A stretch of DNA of 64,000 nt. Origin: Azolla caroliniana. Taxonomy: Eukaryota; Plantae; Polypodiophyta. A program made the position numbers and the translations under genes. Below, one piece after another: positions 37,001-49,959 of the stretch. The stretch spans positions 32,860,001 to 32,924,000 of the forward strand of contig JBHGNT010000001.1 of NCBI GenBank assembly GCA_043228905.1. Direction: 5' to 3'. The first letter of the stretch is position 1. Each line of letters begins with the position of its first letter. The notes beneath the pieces were generated by a model that was given only the letters and a program-made list of their open reading frames with translations, did not search any database and was not told where the DNA came from.

Positions 37001-39920
37001 CTACCTGTGGCAATGAAACACTACTTCCAGTTGCTTGTTCTGATAATGCTTCAGATACCAGCGGAGACTCTTGTGAATAGATTTTTATTGTTTGATGAGC
37101 CATAGACTGCTGAGCTTCCTGCCCTTCATGAACAGGCTCTTGCATACCCTGTTCTCTTTCCTTGATAGGGGAATGTGATGATAAATGCTGTTCTTTGCCT
37201 GGCTGTTTCTCTATGTATCGTATGGAATGTTCTTCAGAGGGCTGATTCTTTCCTGTCTTTACATGATCATGATGATCACCAGAAATGGATGATGTTTGCT
37301 GATTTGAATTTGAATGTCTGGTGGGTTGAGACTCCTCTTTGATAGGTAAAGAATGCAGCGATGAACTAGTGCCAGTTGCCGAAACCAAAACAGATCGTAT
37401 GGAATGTTCTTCAGAGGGCTGATTCTTTCCTGTCTTTACATGATCATGATGATCACCAGAAATGGATGATGTTTGCTGATTTGAATTTGAATGTCCGGTG
37501 GGTTGAGACTCCTCTTTGATAGGTAAAGAATGCAGCGATGAACTAGTGCCAGTTGCCGAAACCAAAACAGATTGTTTCTCATCCTTTACCTGGTTAAACG
37601 TTTTGCTTTTGATTGCTTCCATTTGCTGTGGGCTTCTTCCAGTATTCACTCTTTGCTGAGGATTTATTCGTTGGAATTTATCTGCTTGTGGCTGAGATTG
37701 CTGAAGTGGTTTTTGTGACTGTGTGCTTGATTGTGGTGGAGTCAAACCAGGAACAGGTATCATCATAGAAGCTTGATATCCTTGAGTATGAATACTCAGA
37801 CTGTTGGATAGAACACCATTTGAGACTGAATTGTAAAAACTTCCTGATGGACTAAGCTCCATAGAATTTGTAACCAAATGGCTTGATCTGGTCGCTGCAA
37901 TTGACATTTAAACAACTTGCTCATATAGCTTAGAAAAGAACACCTCGACAAATTTTAAATCAAGTCAACTAGCTTACGATGGACAGGCATGTGTTGCTGA
38001 AGTTGCTGATTCAGATGGTGTGGGGCCTGTAGTGGCATATTACCAAACTGAGGTGAAGTGTACATAGGAGGGTTTGGAAAATGCAATGACCCATTTGCTA
38101 CATTGCTATTTATATATGTGAATGGCCTCTGCATGTTATTGGCCACCCCCAGTTGACCACTGGCATTCCTATTCGCAAGCCCACTTGATCCAGAATTGTA
38201 TATTTGTTGTTGAACTTGACCTGCTCTTCCAGTCAATAAATCCTAGTTACATAATGGTCCCACTAGCAAGATTACCAAACCATATAACCATGCCCTTACC
38301 TGACATAATTGAATTACCTGCATTTATATTTGATGACTCTGAACGTGTGAACATATTAGAATTAATCCCAGGTGTTGGAACCATGTTGTTTGCATCAGTG
38401 ATTGATGGCTGTCCCTGACCTTGCAACGGAGAGGTAGTGTGATGTGTCATCACATTTCGTAAACCACTGGAATTACTATTTATTGCTCCTGGGGTAGGGA
38501 TCATGGTACTTCCTGGTGTTGGAATCATAGAAGAGCTTGATGAATTGACTCCATGAATAGAAGCCGTAAGATTGGTCCTTGCCGGTGCATGTTTCACTAT
38601 CACCTGAAGACGTTGCTCCAATGTAGAAATATCTGCATATTCATCCTAGCATAACATGCATGTGATGTTCAAATTAACTTCCAGATTGAATTTATTAAGG
38701 ATTTGAAGCATAAGATACCTTTGAACTAGCACCACGATAGAGTGAGTCTTCCAAACGCTTAACCAGCTCAGGCAACTTCTGTTGTGATTCAATAGAAAGT
38801 CGAGGTTTGCGCTTTTCAAAGAGATGCAAACTGGATTTCAAACCATAAACAGCACAAAAGTATTTAATCTAGGAATAGATTATATTCTTATAAATCCGTG
38901 ATTCTAGAGCAAAACCATGGTTGCATGTACAGACCTTTAGAAGCATGCACATGTCATTTTCGAAATAAAGAAGCATACCCACTTTCCCAGATCATACAAA
39001 TGAAATTTTTGAAGGCAACGGTGCATGCAGACCTTCACAGGCTGAAAGACAGTTTTGCAGTATTTTGAATAGATTTTCCATCTCGAAGCGTGATTAAACA
39101 ATGACGAACTTTATCTCCAAACTCTTCCTTTCTTGCTTTCTGGAAATGTTTCATAGGAGGTGTAAACGTTTTCACACTACTTTGAAACACCGCTTGGATA
39201 TTATAAGCCTAAGGTATTTCTCACCACAGTCACATGTAAAGTCCGGTATCTGGATCATGTATTGGAGCCAAACCATTATTGGAATCTAAAGTTTCTTAAT
39301 CTCTACATGGAGACTAGTACTAAGCCATTTTCAAGGTTGGATTTTCTGTAACTCCTACACTTATGGCTACAGTATTTTGGATCAGTTTATAAATTTGGTA
39401 AAGTGGACATGCTTCTTTGCTTCAAATTTTGCATCAAAAAAGATTACCTATGTATGCTTAAAGAAAAATGTGCACATGCTTCTTTACTTCACAAAAGCAT
39501 GCCCACATACATGTACATTTGCATGTAGACATCTTTCAAAAATTACAAACGTAAGCTTCAGGAAAGTGTATAAATGCTTCTTTATTTCAGAAAGTCACAT
39601 CCATATACATGTATATTTACATACATATATCACGCTATTACAATAAATATAGACATATACTTGTACAGTAAATATATAAATACAAATCTATAGATAGATT
39701 ACATACATTCATGCAAGGAAGCCACAACTTCCAGAGTCGAGAAAAGAATAACTCACATCCTTTCTGCAATCATTCGTCTTGTTCCAACATCTGATTCTGT
39801 ATGCCATGATCTATGAGTTCCTCCATGCGATGTCAATGAGTTCATACTTGGAGATGGGGCAGATAATTGCCCAGATACCTGTGTGTGTGGTTGTCCTGAC
39901 AGTCGTGAATGTGCTTGCAT
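31080..39920 (-). CDS. HAC1: CBP/p300-family histone acetyltransferase HAC1-like (TAZ-PHD-HAT-ZZ-ZZ-TAZ), ~1662 aa, 16 coding exons
   Basis: Exons (-): 39920-39757, 38830-38719, 38645-38300, 38220-37978, 37894-36078, 35650-35354, 35272-34994, 34856-34728, 34642-34442, 34322-34180, 33909-33597, 33505-33366, 32821-32743, 32269-31877, 31566-31349, 31194-31080; total 4989 nt in frame. Motifs [13 protein letters not shown] (TAZ), [19 protein letters not shown] (PHD), [16 protein letters not shown] and [11 protein letters not shown] (HAT), ZZ fingers and a C-terminal TAZ. The N-terminal MQAH..SGQ resembles plant HAC1 starts. Confidence 0.95.
37217..37572. repeat. 177-bp near-perfect tandem duplication within a HAC1 coding exon (59 aa x2)
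   Basis: atcgtatggaatgttcttcagagg... starts at 37217 and 37394; the copies differ by one visible substitution (QPTGH vs QPTRH). Confidence 0.95.
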
Positions 39921-40246
39921 CTCTAAAGTACCTTACGTATATTTGTCTATATGAGTATATATGTCTATATGCATTAAATTCATTTGCTAGCTATATTATT
40001 CCCACTCCAATGTCAACACATTTGAGCTGCAGTAGAATTTTTTTAATACTCCCTTCATAAGACCTCGTACATTGTTATTAACTGTTCTATCTTGTGAGAG
40101 AAATCCTGCAATTGTAATACCTGGTAATAGAATGTAGGGGGTGAGAAATGCCAGTTTGCTTTTATCAACAGATTTCCTTAGAAACTGTGAGCAATACAAA
40201 TTTCAGGTTCATGAGCACCACCAGCTGAATGTGAGCTATGTGGCTG

Positions 40247-40281
<35 letters not shown>

Positions 40282-41659
40282 TACATAAACTCTCACTTCT
40301 GTCCACAAAAAATTCACATCCGAACTATTTCACAATGACCAGCGATGCTCTCTAATTTATCTAATATATTTGATACAACCATGTGGACTCTTTCAAACAT
40401 GCATCTACCTGATTTGACGTTTATATTACAAATGGGTTTATACTCACCATACATACACAATTATACATACTGTTCCACTTCACTATGAGCTTTTTCTAGC
40501 TCTGAATTCTTCCAATTGATCAATGATGAAGTCCATTTTATCTTGATGATTTAAACATTTATGTAACTCTTCTATTCTTGATGGATGCTATATATTTCCC
40601 ATCGATCAAAGATGGACTCCAGTAAACCTAGCGTGTTTTAAACATTCTGCCAACTCCTTCAAACAGTTATCTATCTGATTGGGCACCATTTAAATATATG
40701 CTCTTCTACTTATATCTGAGCAATTTTCAACTCCCAATTATTTCGAATTGACCAGTGTTCTCCATTTTATCATGTACATTTCAAACATTATGCTATGGAT
40801 GTCAATGATGGTCTCCGGTTTATCTAATATGTTTGAGACATTTATGCTAACTCTTTCAAATATTTAGCTGCCTGACTGGGAAATGTTTAGATTATTGATC
40901 ATTATATAGTATACAATCTAGCTACACACACATATACGTGTGTGCACACACGTACATGTGGGCATGTGTGTATGTGTGTGCGCACATGCGGCTCTTAAAC
41001 TTCAATTTGAGCATTCTCCAGCTCCGAATTATTTTTCATTGATCAATGATGGTCAACATTTTATCTTGTATATTTTAAACATTTATGGGAACTCTTCTAA
41101 AATTGATGGACGTTATATTATTTTCATTGGTCAATTATGGAGTTCAGTTTAGCTAATGTGTTTGAAACATTTACAATAATATTTTCAAACATTTTTATCT
41201 TTCTAATTGGGCACTCCTTTTCTTGAGAGATAAAATTCCACAGATACGAGTACTTTTATGTGACCAAATAAAAACCACATTGCTTAATTTATCTGCAGAT
41301 AACATAAGCAATACCTGTAAATTTTGTCGAAATTGATCAAATGTTGTGCTTAGCCTACCAAATTCATCATCAAATGACGTATAAGTCTTGTCACTTCAGT
41401 TATATTCAGTAAATCCAAAGAGCCCAAATGAAGACTATAATTCCCTTTCTTCAAACATTAGAATTTGGTGAGATGCAATTGCCCCAACTTGAATAACTAC
41501 AGTAGCTTGCCCTTCCCCATGTAGAGGGAGAAGAGCAAATTGGTACAAATTAGCTAAATCTTGAAGCATCCATCAGATGATCATCCAGGTCTGAATTAGA
41601 AAATGGTGCGCCTCAGTGTTCTGTTCTTCTTAACAATTTCCCGTGGTTCAATAGGAGAG

Positions 41660-42720
41660 CAGAAAAAACCCTAATTCTCAGTTGTTGTCACTAAATTCCT
41701 CTGAAAACTAAAACCCTAATTCTCAGCATTCTTGTTCTTCTGAAAACATTCCTCCAACACTTTAAGAAACCAAGAAACCTTATTCTTAATTCTCTGTTTT
41801 TATACTTTTTCCTCATTCCACAGGAAACCAAACAAGAAAGTTAATTCTCATCAAGTTGAGTTTTCCATTTGATTCTTTCGGAAACCAAACAATAAAGATA
41901 ATTATCAATGTTCTGTTCTTCGTTAAAATTTTCTCCTGATTCCTCAAGAAGCCAATAAAACCTAATCCTCAGTTCTCTGCTCTTCGGTTTTCTCCTTGAT
42001 TCCTTGAGAAAACGAAACAAAATCTAATTTGCAACGCTCTGCTGCTCTTCGAACTTTCCTCCTTATTCCTCAGAAAACAAAAAAACCCTAACTCTCAGTG
42101 TCTTTTTCTTCACTTGTTCCGAATCTTTCCAGGAAAGAAAACCCTAATTTCCAAAACTCTATTCTTTAAATTTCCATTGATTCATGGAGAGAAAAAAACA
42201 AAAACATAATTTGTAATGCTCCGTTCTTCTTGAGATTTTCCTCTGATTTTTAAGAAATATAATCAAATTCTCAACACTCTGTCCTTTAAATTTTTCTCTG
42301 AGTCCACAGGAGATCAAAAACAAATTGGGTGTCCGGTTCTTCATCAATAACTTTCTCGATAAGGAAAATAATTCAGTGGTGATCTCCCTTCTTACATTGA
42401 TACCTCAGGAAAACCCTAACTCCTAGTGCAATACCCTTCAGAAAACAAAACAAAAAAACTTAATTTGCAAAGCTCTGTTCTTGAAATTTTCCCATGATTT
42501 CCAGTAAAACAAAACAGAAATCATAATTCTTGGTTCTTAAATAATACACTGATTCGACAGTTAATAAAAAACAATCCCTGTCTTACGGTGAAGTTGTTCT
42601 TAACCCAGTTTCTCAGTAAAAAAAACAGAAAACCTAATTCTCGATGCTCTATGCATCTTCAGGATTTCATCGGATTCCTGAGGAAAACAAAACAAACCTG
42701 ATTTTCCGGCTGAAGCGAGA
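41660..42720. repeat. Degenerate ~55-70-bp repeat array in the presumed 5'-UTR intron of HAC1
   Basis: Recurrent gaaaac(c)aaa..aaa(c)cctaatt(c)tc..(t)tctctgttctt..tttt(c)c..tgattcc units over about 1 kb. Confidence 0.55.
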
Positions 42721-44527
42721 AACAGAATCCTCGAGATACTCTTAGATTGGGAGACGACGATGGCGATAGTGATGGCAATGGCGACGGCGAACGATGATGG
42801 TGATGATGGTGGCGATGGCGATGGATTTCCCTGAGTGTCTTCAGATGTGATGATGATGACGATGACGATGATCATCTCATTGAGATGAGAGAAATTTTAT
42901 TTATTTACTTATTTATTTAATTTCTTATTTTACTAGTTTTTTTTTTTTATGAGAGAAAAAAATTATTATTTATTTATTTTTACTATTTTATTTATTTAGT
43001 TATTTACTTATAAATTATAATGGCTTAATTTTTTGTTTTCATAATGTATTCTATTCATGCCTGCCTGAATGCTCGAAATTTTATACGTGCAATTTCCTAA
43101 GTAAAAAAGGGAAGGCATTGTCCGACCAACTCGGGTCCCTCTTGGAGGTCAATCGCGGATCGATATGTAGTGAGTGCAATGATTTTGCATCCAAAATGGC
43201 AATCACAGATCAAAGCATAGAAAAAATTCAGCAAAAGATGGCATTTGAGAGGCCGCATAAAGGGATTTTATCGTTCCACGTTCGATCATTATTCAAACAC
43301 GGTATCCGTGTTTTGAGATTGATGTCCTCGTATTTATGTTTGTATTTCTAGCAACACTTCTCTCCTATGTTTGTATCTATTATTAAAAAAAAAAACTTTT
43401 TTGTAAAATAGGTGTACTCAATGCCAAATGGTAAGTGATCACGTTATTAACCTAGAAACATGGGTTTTAATGTAAGGTTTAATTTCACACATATTTATTA
43501 TGTTATATTTGCTTCTACTAAATTGCATGCCACGTGTTGAAACTAAAGACCACCAAGTCTCCAAGGAATTGAGATGGATTCATGTGAATTGTAGCCCGAT
43601 CAGAAAATATAGTTGTTTGGCCTAATTGGTAGGCATCAGTGCTCCCCTTTGCCAAAGTTCATAAGAGAAGTTATTCTCTTTTTGTTGTCGTTTTTCATTC
43701 TTTGCTCTCTCTCTCTCTCAAAAAAAATTAAAAATAAAAATAAAAATAAAAATAATTTGTTCTCTAAACAAAATAAGAGGAAACATGATCATGTTTTATT
43801 TACTCCATAAACCTAAGGTGAAGGCATGTGATCATATATACATATGCAAGAAAGAACAAAAATGTAATCATGTGTGGATGAAGGCAAAAGAAATTTATGT
43901 CAATGGAGGGGAAAACAAGACTAGAAAAAGGATTGTACATTTGTGGAACTCCCATCTTTATAAGGATCTATTGCAATTGGAATAGCATGCACAAAGTAAT
44001 TATGTTGATGAAGATGTTATGTTCTTATAATTTGCTTTCCTAAACATGATGGAAGGGATGCTTATGAATTGCACAAACACCTAAATTCAAAGCATTGCAT
44101 TTTCAAAATAATTGTATTTGGGACATGTAAAATCATTGTAAAATATGAATCTTTGCTAGTGAGTTTGCAATATCTCAAAACACAACTTTTGAATATAAAT
44201 TATGCATCCATTCCATATGCTTAAGTCAAATATGTGAACATAGAGTACGCCTAGAAGATAAGGCTTTCCATTCATTATTTTTAGTTGTAAGTTGCTCGAA
44301 TGATAACATCAATAACATCAAAAGGAATTGCACACAAACTTATTCACTATTGGTATTTGTAATTTGCTTCTTATAGGCTAGTAAAAGACTCTATTCTTTT
44401 TTTGGTGTAAAGCACATGAATTCTAAATAACCATAAAGTACCATGGACAAACAAAGAGTTGGGTTGCACAATATGCCTTAAAAGCTTGTCCTAAAAAAAC
44501 CTTCTTATGGCCAAGGCAATCAAGGGA

Positions 44528-44729
44528 GATATTTCCTATGATGGCTACAAACTTTCAATTCAGTCTTATGGGCTCAATTATATTTCCTATAAATAGCTAC
44601 AAACTTTCAATTCAGTCTTATGGGCTCAATGATATTTCCTATAAATAGCTACAAACTTTCAATTCAGTCTTATGGGCTCAATGATATTTCCTATAAATAG
44701 CTACAAACTTTCAATTCAGTCTTATGGGC
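44528..44729. repeat. 52-bp tandem repeat, ~4 copies, three carrying CCTATAAATAG
   Basis: Unit gatatttcctataaatagctacaaactttcaattcagtcttatgggctcaat at ~44528 (variant), 44579, 44631 and 44683. Confidence 0.93.
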
Positions 44730-45325
44730 TTGGAAAGGCCTACATTATTGGACAACAGCATTGGAAAATCAGGGTGGAGGTGCAACAATGTTTTAAAAAG
44801 TTGGCAAGAAGAGAGGCATCACCGCTTTGATAAGTAACAATAAATAAGTACACTTAAATGCAAATATCATTACATATGAAATTAGGACATTTTACAATTC
44901 AATGTGGAATAAGAATGTTTTAATGGCCAAGAAGAATATAATTTAAAAAGCCAAGAAGGATATAATTTAAAAAGTTTACTATTTTGACAAAAACGCCATG
45001 CTATTCATAAAAACGAAACAAATGGATGCACAACTTACATTGACTAAAAGCACAACAAACTTTCAACTTAAAAACCACATAATATAGTAAACAGCATCAT
45101 CATTATTTACAAGAAGCATATATTGAAGACCTATTATTCGTCAAGAAAACTACATGGAAGGAAAACCATCATTGCCATTGGTGGTGTGCCTGCTCAAGCT
45201 ACTTTTCATGAACTAGTTGCTAGTTGCAATCACAGGCACAATAGAATGCAAAAGCATATATACATAAGTATTTTTTGAACCACTATTATATACTACACAA
45301 AATTAACATGGATATTAAATTTTTC

Positions 45326-47940
45326 TCAAAAACCTCCAAGCAAGAAAATGTATGGCACAGCTACTAGCACAACCATTGCGAAACTCGCAAGAAATGACCC
45401 TTCTCCGAAAGAACCTTTGATTCCCGATTGTGATGAAAAGTGTTGGTATGCCAAGTATGTAGCAACCACAGCACATGCAACAATACTTCCTGTTGTCCCC
45501 CTACAAGACCATATAATATTTCCATAAATGAGTAATGTGAATGTTGAAGATTTTGGAAATTGGAATCATGTTGTTGGCTAATACATTGTATCAAGAATAA
45601 AACATCCAATGTGAGAAAAAATAAAAACCCTGACGTATTGCCTTTTTGTAACATTTCTAAATGGGTATTGACCAGTGTTTGTGACTAGATTTAGCCCATA
45701 TTTATTAGAAATTTTTTGATAAAAGATGTAAATTTTATACATAAGTTCCATGAATTTACTAGTTGTATGTACCAAAAACAACCTATAAATGTCATCGGAA
45801 GTTGATATACTAGCCCCCAAACTATAGAGATACTTTTGAATGTTTCATCATAAATAAATAAAATTGCCCAATCATCCAAATGCCTGGTGAGTCTCAGACG
45901 GTTTGCTATTTTCACCCTGCTTTTATAAGTCTTTTAACTTTACAAAGTATCAAATCATCCCAGATTAGAATTTAAACACAAATTTATCCTAAAGACAGTT
46001 CCCAGGTATTCTAGTGAGTAATCACTAGAGAGAAACTACAAAGTGTGGCCAATGAACCTACAAATCCATGTCATGGAATATCATAAATTATTAACAGAAA
46101 TTTGGTGTCCCAATTAAGGACAATTAATACAATGATATAAGAAATTATTGGGTTTGATTAACTTCACCTGAAATCCATCACTTGATAAGGGGCCGTAATG
46201 ACAATCAGCAGAAGTATCAGGGGCAATTCAAGCTCTCCTGATTATTTGTGAAGGATTATGTTTGAGTTATAAAATACACAATTTCAAAAGAAAAGAAACT
46301 TCATGAGTTTCACGTGACATTTACCAGGGATGTAATAGAATAATCGTACGAGTAGTGCCAAGAATACTGCCCAATAACCATATTCTCCCCTGCAAGAGTT
46401 TCTACAAACACTTAAGATGCAAATTCCTTTGTATTCTGAATATTAATCTGTCAAACTCAATCAATAAATTAATAGTTCAACGAATAGATGGGTCTATTGA
46501 TAGAGCTAGATAGATTAATAAATAGGTATAGATATAGATATATACAGACATCATGCATGCCTATATATAGGGCTAGAGTGACTCACCGAATAGATATAGA
46601 GCTAGAGTTATCCAACAAGTATATAAATAACACACATTACCTGATCCAAGTAATTGCATCATGAGGCGCTTGTAAAGCTAATAAAGGTACCAAAAATGAC
46701 TTGTTGATCTTTGCATTTTTCAACAACATAAGCAACCTGCATTACTAAGGTACGTAAACACTTAATCCGTAATAAGAAATAAAGGGGCAAATAGGTAGGA
46801 TGTGTATTCAATTGAAAAAGTAAATTAACATGTCATGTATTCTTAGCCTATCTTTTCCCCACTGTGATCACAAATAAAATGGTTCCACTCCCATATAGGT
46901 GCACACAAGCATACAGACCTCCATCTCCATTTCTTATTTGATATCCATACATACATGTTTCCTAGACTCCATTTCTCACATGCATACATACATGCTGTCT
47001 AGTTTCCACTTCCCACGTGCATATTTACATATGCGCATGCGTCGAATCAGATGAGATGAGGCGACCAATGGATAAGATGTTGGGCATGTATATATGCGTG
47101 CATGCATATGTAGATGTCTATTATCCTGTGAAAAATATGGAAGTAAAGTGATCTTTCATCGCATCCCATTCTATGGATGTAAGGATCTACCTACATATAC
47201 ATTCATGCACACATGAATAAACCTATATGTCGATGCATCATGCATTGATGAGCTTGGATGTCCATGAGATACTAAATCAAAATGGTGCTGTAGTGTATCT
47301 TTACAATAAAAGTGGGATTCTTTACAATATTTGGGATCAAATTGATGTACTCTCCTTTCATATTAAATTCGGCATAATATACAGCGTGAAAATTTGAGTG
47401 TGTGTGTGTGGCTTTATACCCTGCAGTTCCTGTGAAAACCCATCTTAGGGTTTCCGCTGATAAATATATGGCATTGCTGGACAAACATGATCCTCCAGAA
47501 GCATTAGTCCTTTTCATCCTTAGAAGATCTCCTCTGAGCTTAATGATTCCAGCATCAGTAAAGAAAGGAGAGAATATTGACCTGCAAAATTAAAGAAAGA
47601 AACAATATTGACCCATCCTATCAATCAATTGTAGATCCTTACATGGACCTATCGTCTATTAAATCCGGATGCATTGATACATCATCAGACATTACCAATG
47701 ATCATATCTCGATACAGCATCACCGCCATTTTAACAGTTTTATTTTTTTAAAGATAGAGAGGGGCCGGAAAAAAACCTGAATTGTTGAGGACCAGAGAGC
47801 GTGATAGATGAAATAGCAGGACTCCTCTGCTTTCTTCCATATCTACAAGAAACGGAATGGAACAAGGGAGGAGAGGAGGAAGCAGAGTCTGGGAATTTCT
47901 TGTATGCGCTAGAAATTTGGTAAGAACTTGCCATGGCCAT
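45326..47940 (-). CDS. COR413IM: Cold-regulated 413 chloroplast inner-envelope/thylakoid membrane protein, ~243 aa, 6 exons
   Basis: Exons (-): 47940-47777, 47581-47420, 46736-46641, 46389-46325, 46237-46168, 45500-45326 (732 nt). Ser-rich transit peptide, then INKSFLVPLLALQAP..ITWIRGEYGYWAVFLALLVRLFYYIPGELELPLILLLIVITAPYQVMDFRG...YLAYQHFS, matching the COR413-IM/TM signature. Confidence 0.92.
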
Positions 47941-49959
47941 GCTCAACTCGGAGCTTTGTTTGCTGTCTGTTTCTTTCCTCTCTCTGTGGAGTTCTACTTC
48001 CTCTTCTGGTGATGGGGATGATGATGTGTCATTTTTAAAGGGGAGCCTGGATCCTTCCAATCTCCCTCTTTCCAAATCAAACGTTAAATATCGTTTAGTG
48101 CCATTGTTCGTTCTCTTTGATCTCTCCTTCTCTCTCTCTTCTTTCTCTCTAGTGAGAACACACATTTACATTAATAAATGTATGTGAGCGATAAACAATA
48201 CATACTTACAATGGGCATGCATCCCCAATGGAGCATGGTCACCCACTACACTAACTTACAATGGCCATGTTCCACTACGCATGTTGAATTGCCAATACGC
48301 AAGACGAACAAACACTCCACTCAAGAAATCATTTCTATTTGCTTCCAGTAATGAAAAATTGTCACCTTAGTACTCCCTTTCAACTTTCGTAGACATGTTT
48401 TGGCTCCGTGCCTACCGTCAAATATGAACGCGTTGCACATATCCCAATTATGGTGTGTGATCCCCGATACCTCGGAAACCATGGTGTGGAGAATATGGTT
48501 GTTGAAAGCATCTAAGGAGGGAAGCATGCCAACCAATTTTATGGTAGCCCCCTTTTTTATTTACTCAAAATGGTTCTCATGGACTTTGCCGAATAACAAT
48601 CTTGATCACAAAGCACCCATCCACTACATCTGATTTGCATGTAAAAACTAAATGCATGCCCATTGGTACACACGACACGTTCAATCAATGAGTAGTTTTT
48701 GTTAGATCTCATTCATTGCATTGACCTTATAGGGTTTTTAGTGGATCCATTCGTCACTAGTAAAGGTGACGCGCACAAACCCGAGACCAACTCCCATAAC
48801 ACCTATGTGTAAGTTGCAACTAAGTATATGAAACATTATAATGGCGATGACACGTTTGTTTGTTTGAATGTTAATAGCAAATGAACCTCATAAAGGGTTT
48901 TCGTGTTGATGTATCATTGTCTTGTTTTGATCTATGCCAATTGGATTTTATTCTATATCCATTGTAGGTACTCAATTGATGCATGTATGGAGGTAGTGTG
49001 ATTATGTGGGTTGTGGAGGCCCTGCCATTGTCATGGGCAATCTTATACTTCTTTAGATGTTGCTTATGAAATTTAAAAACCTTCAAAGCTAGTCCACACA
49101 AGATCAAGTGAGAGGGAGATACTCTTTGATCCTATTTAATGATAGATCAAAATATTTGTCATGATTGTATTATAACTATGGTTATGTTGTTTAAACACAT
49201 TCCATTGAGGGTAGATAGGTAAGTAGTCGGTTGGTATCAATTTCAACACTCTTTGATGATTCAACACACATATGAGGAGATAAGACATTAACACATGTAC
49301 GCCATGTCGTATTGATGAGCATTGCTCAGGGGAAGAACTAACTTAGGACATTTCTATGGTTTATAGAATCTTCACTTTTAAGTTCAGGAATATTCTACCA
49401 TCGAAGTAAAGGTGTTTGCGTGTTATTCCAACACTTGGATATTATAAACGTTGATGGGCATGTTTGGATCATTATTTTACGTTGATAAGAAAGCAATATG
49501 AACTTAGGGTGATGTTATACAACATTTGGGGTTTTTTCCACATGTAACATCATTGCATTAGTTACACGTTACAAGGGGAATTTTCACCACAAGCTCACCA
49601 TTTCAAAAATGTCGATCCTTTCTTTCCACAAAAGATATTTCACTTTCCAAATGTCAACAATCGAGACAAACGTAACCCATACATACGTTCTACGTGTGAT
49701 AAGGGCACCAAATAAGTTAAAAGAACTATGTACATATATACTTTATGTCAAGTCAAGGACCTAGATATTTAATGTTTTCTTATTGGAATAAACTTTTAAA
49801 AACTTTACCTTACATCATTGCCAATCAAGTCACCTCTCCATAGTTGATGTCGAGAAAACTTGTAACTTTCTTTTTATGAATAATTTAATCAAAAGGAAAG
49901 TTTTCATGAACATGCAAAGCTCTTGCATTTTGGGTTTACACTAAAGTACAACACACGTA

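Noticed and set aside
20262-39920. Co-location of TAF9 and HAC1 as a functional coactivator cluster
   Set aside because: Unrelated genes lie between them, and neighbourhood in eukaryotic genomes is not evidence of an operon-like system without conserved synteny.
44528-44729. Tandem arrays (52-bp, 41-bp, 82-bp) as CRISPR-like arrays
   Set aside because: The units are contiguous without unique spacers, and the context is a eukaryotic nuclear genome with no cas genes.
48300-49600. Short ORFs between COR413 and CFAP58, possibly a pseudogene or TE remnant
   Set aside because: Multiple stops and no family motif that I can identify with confidence.
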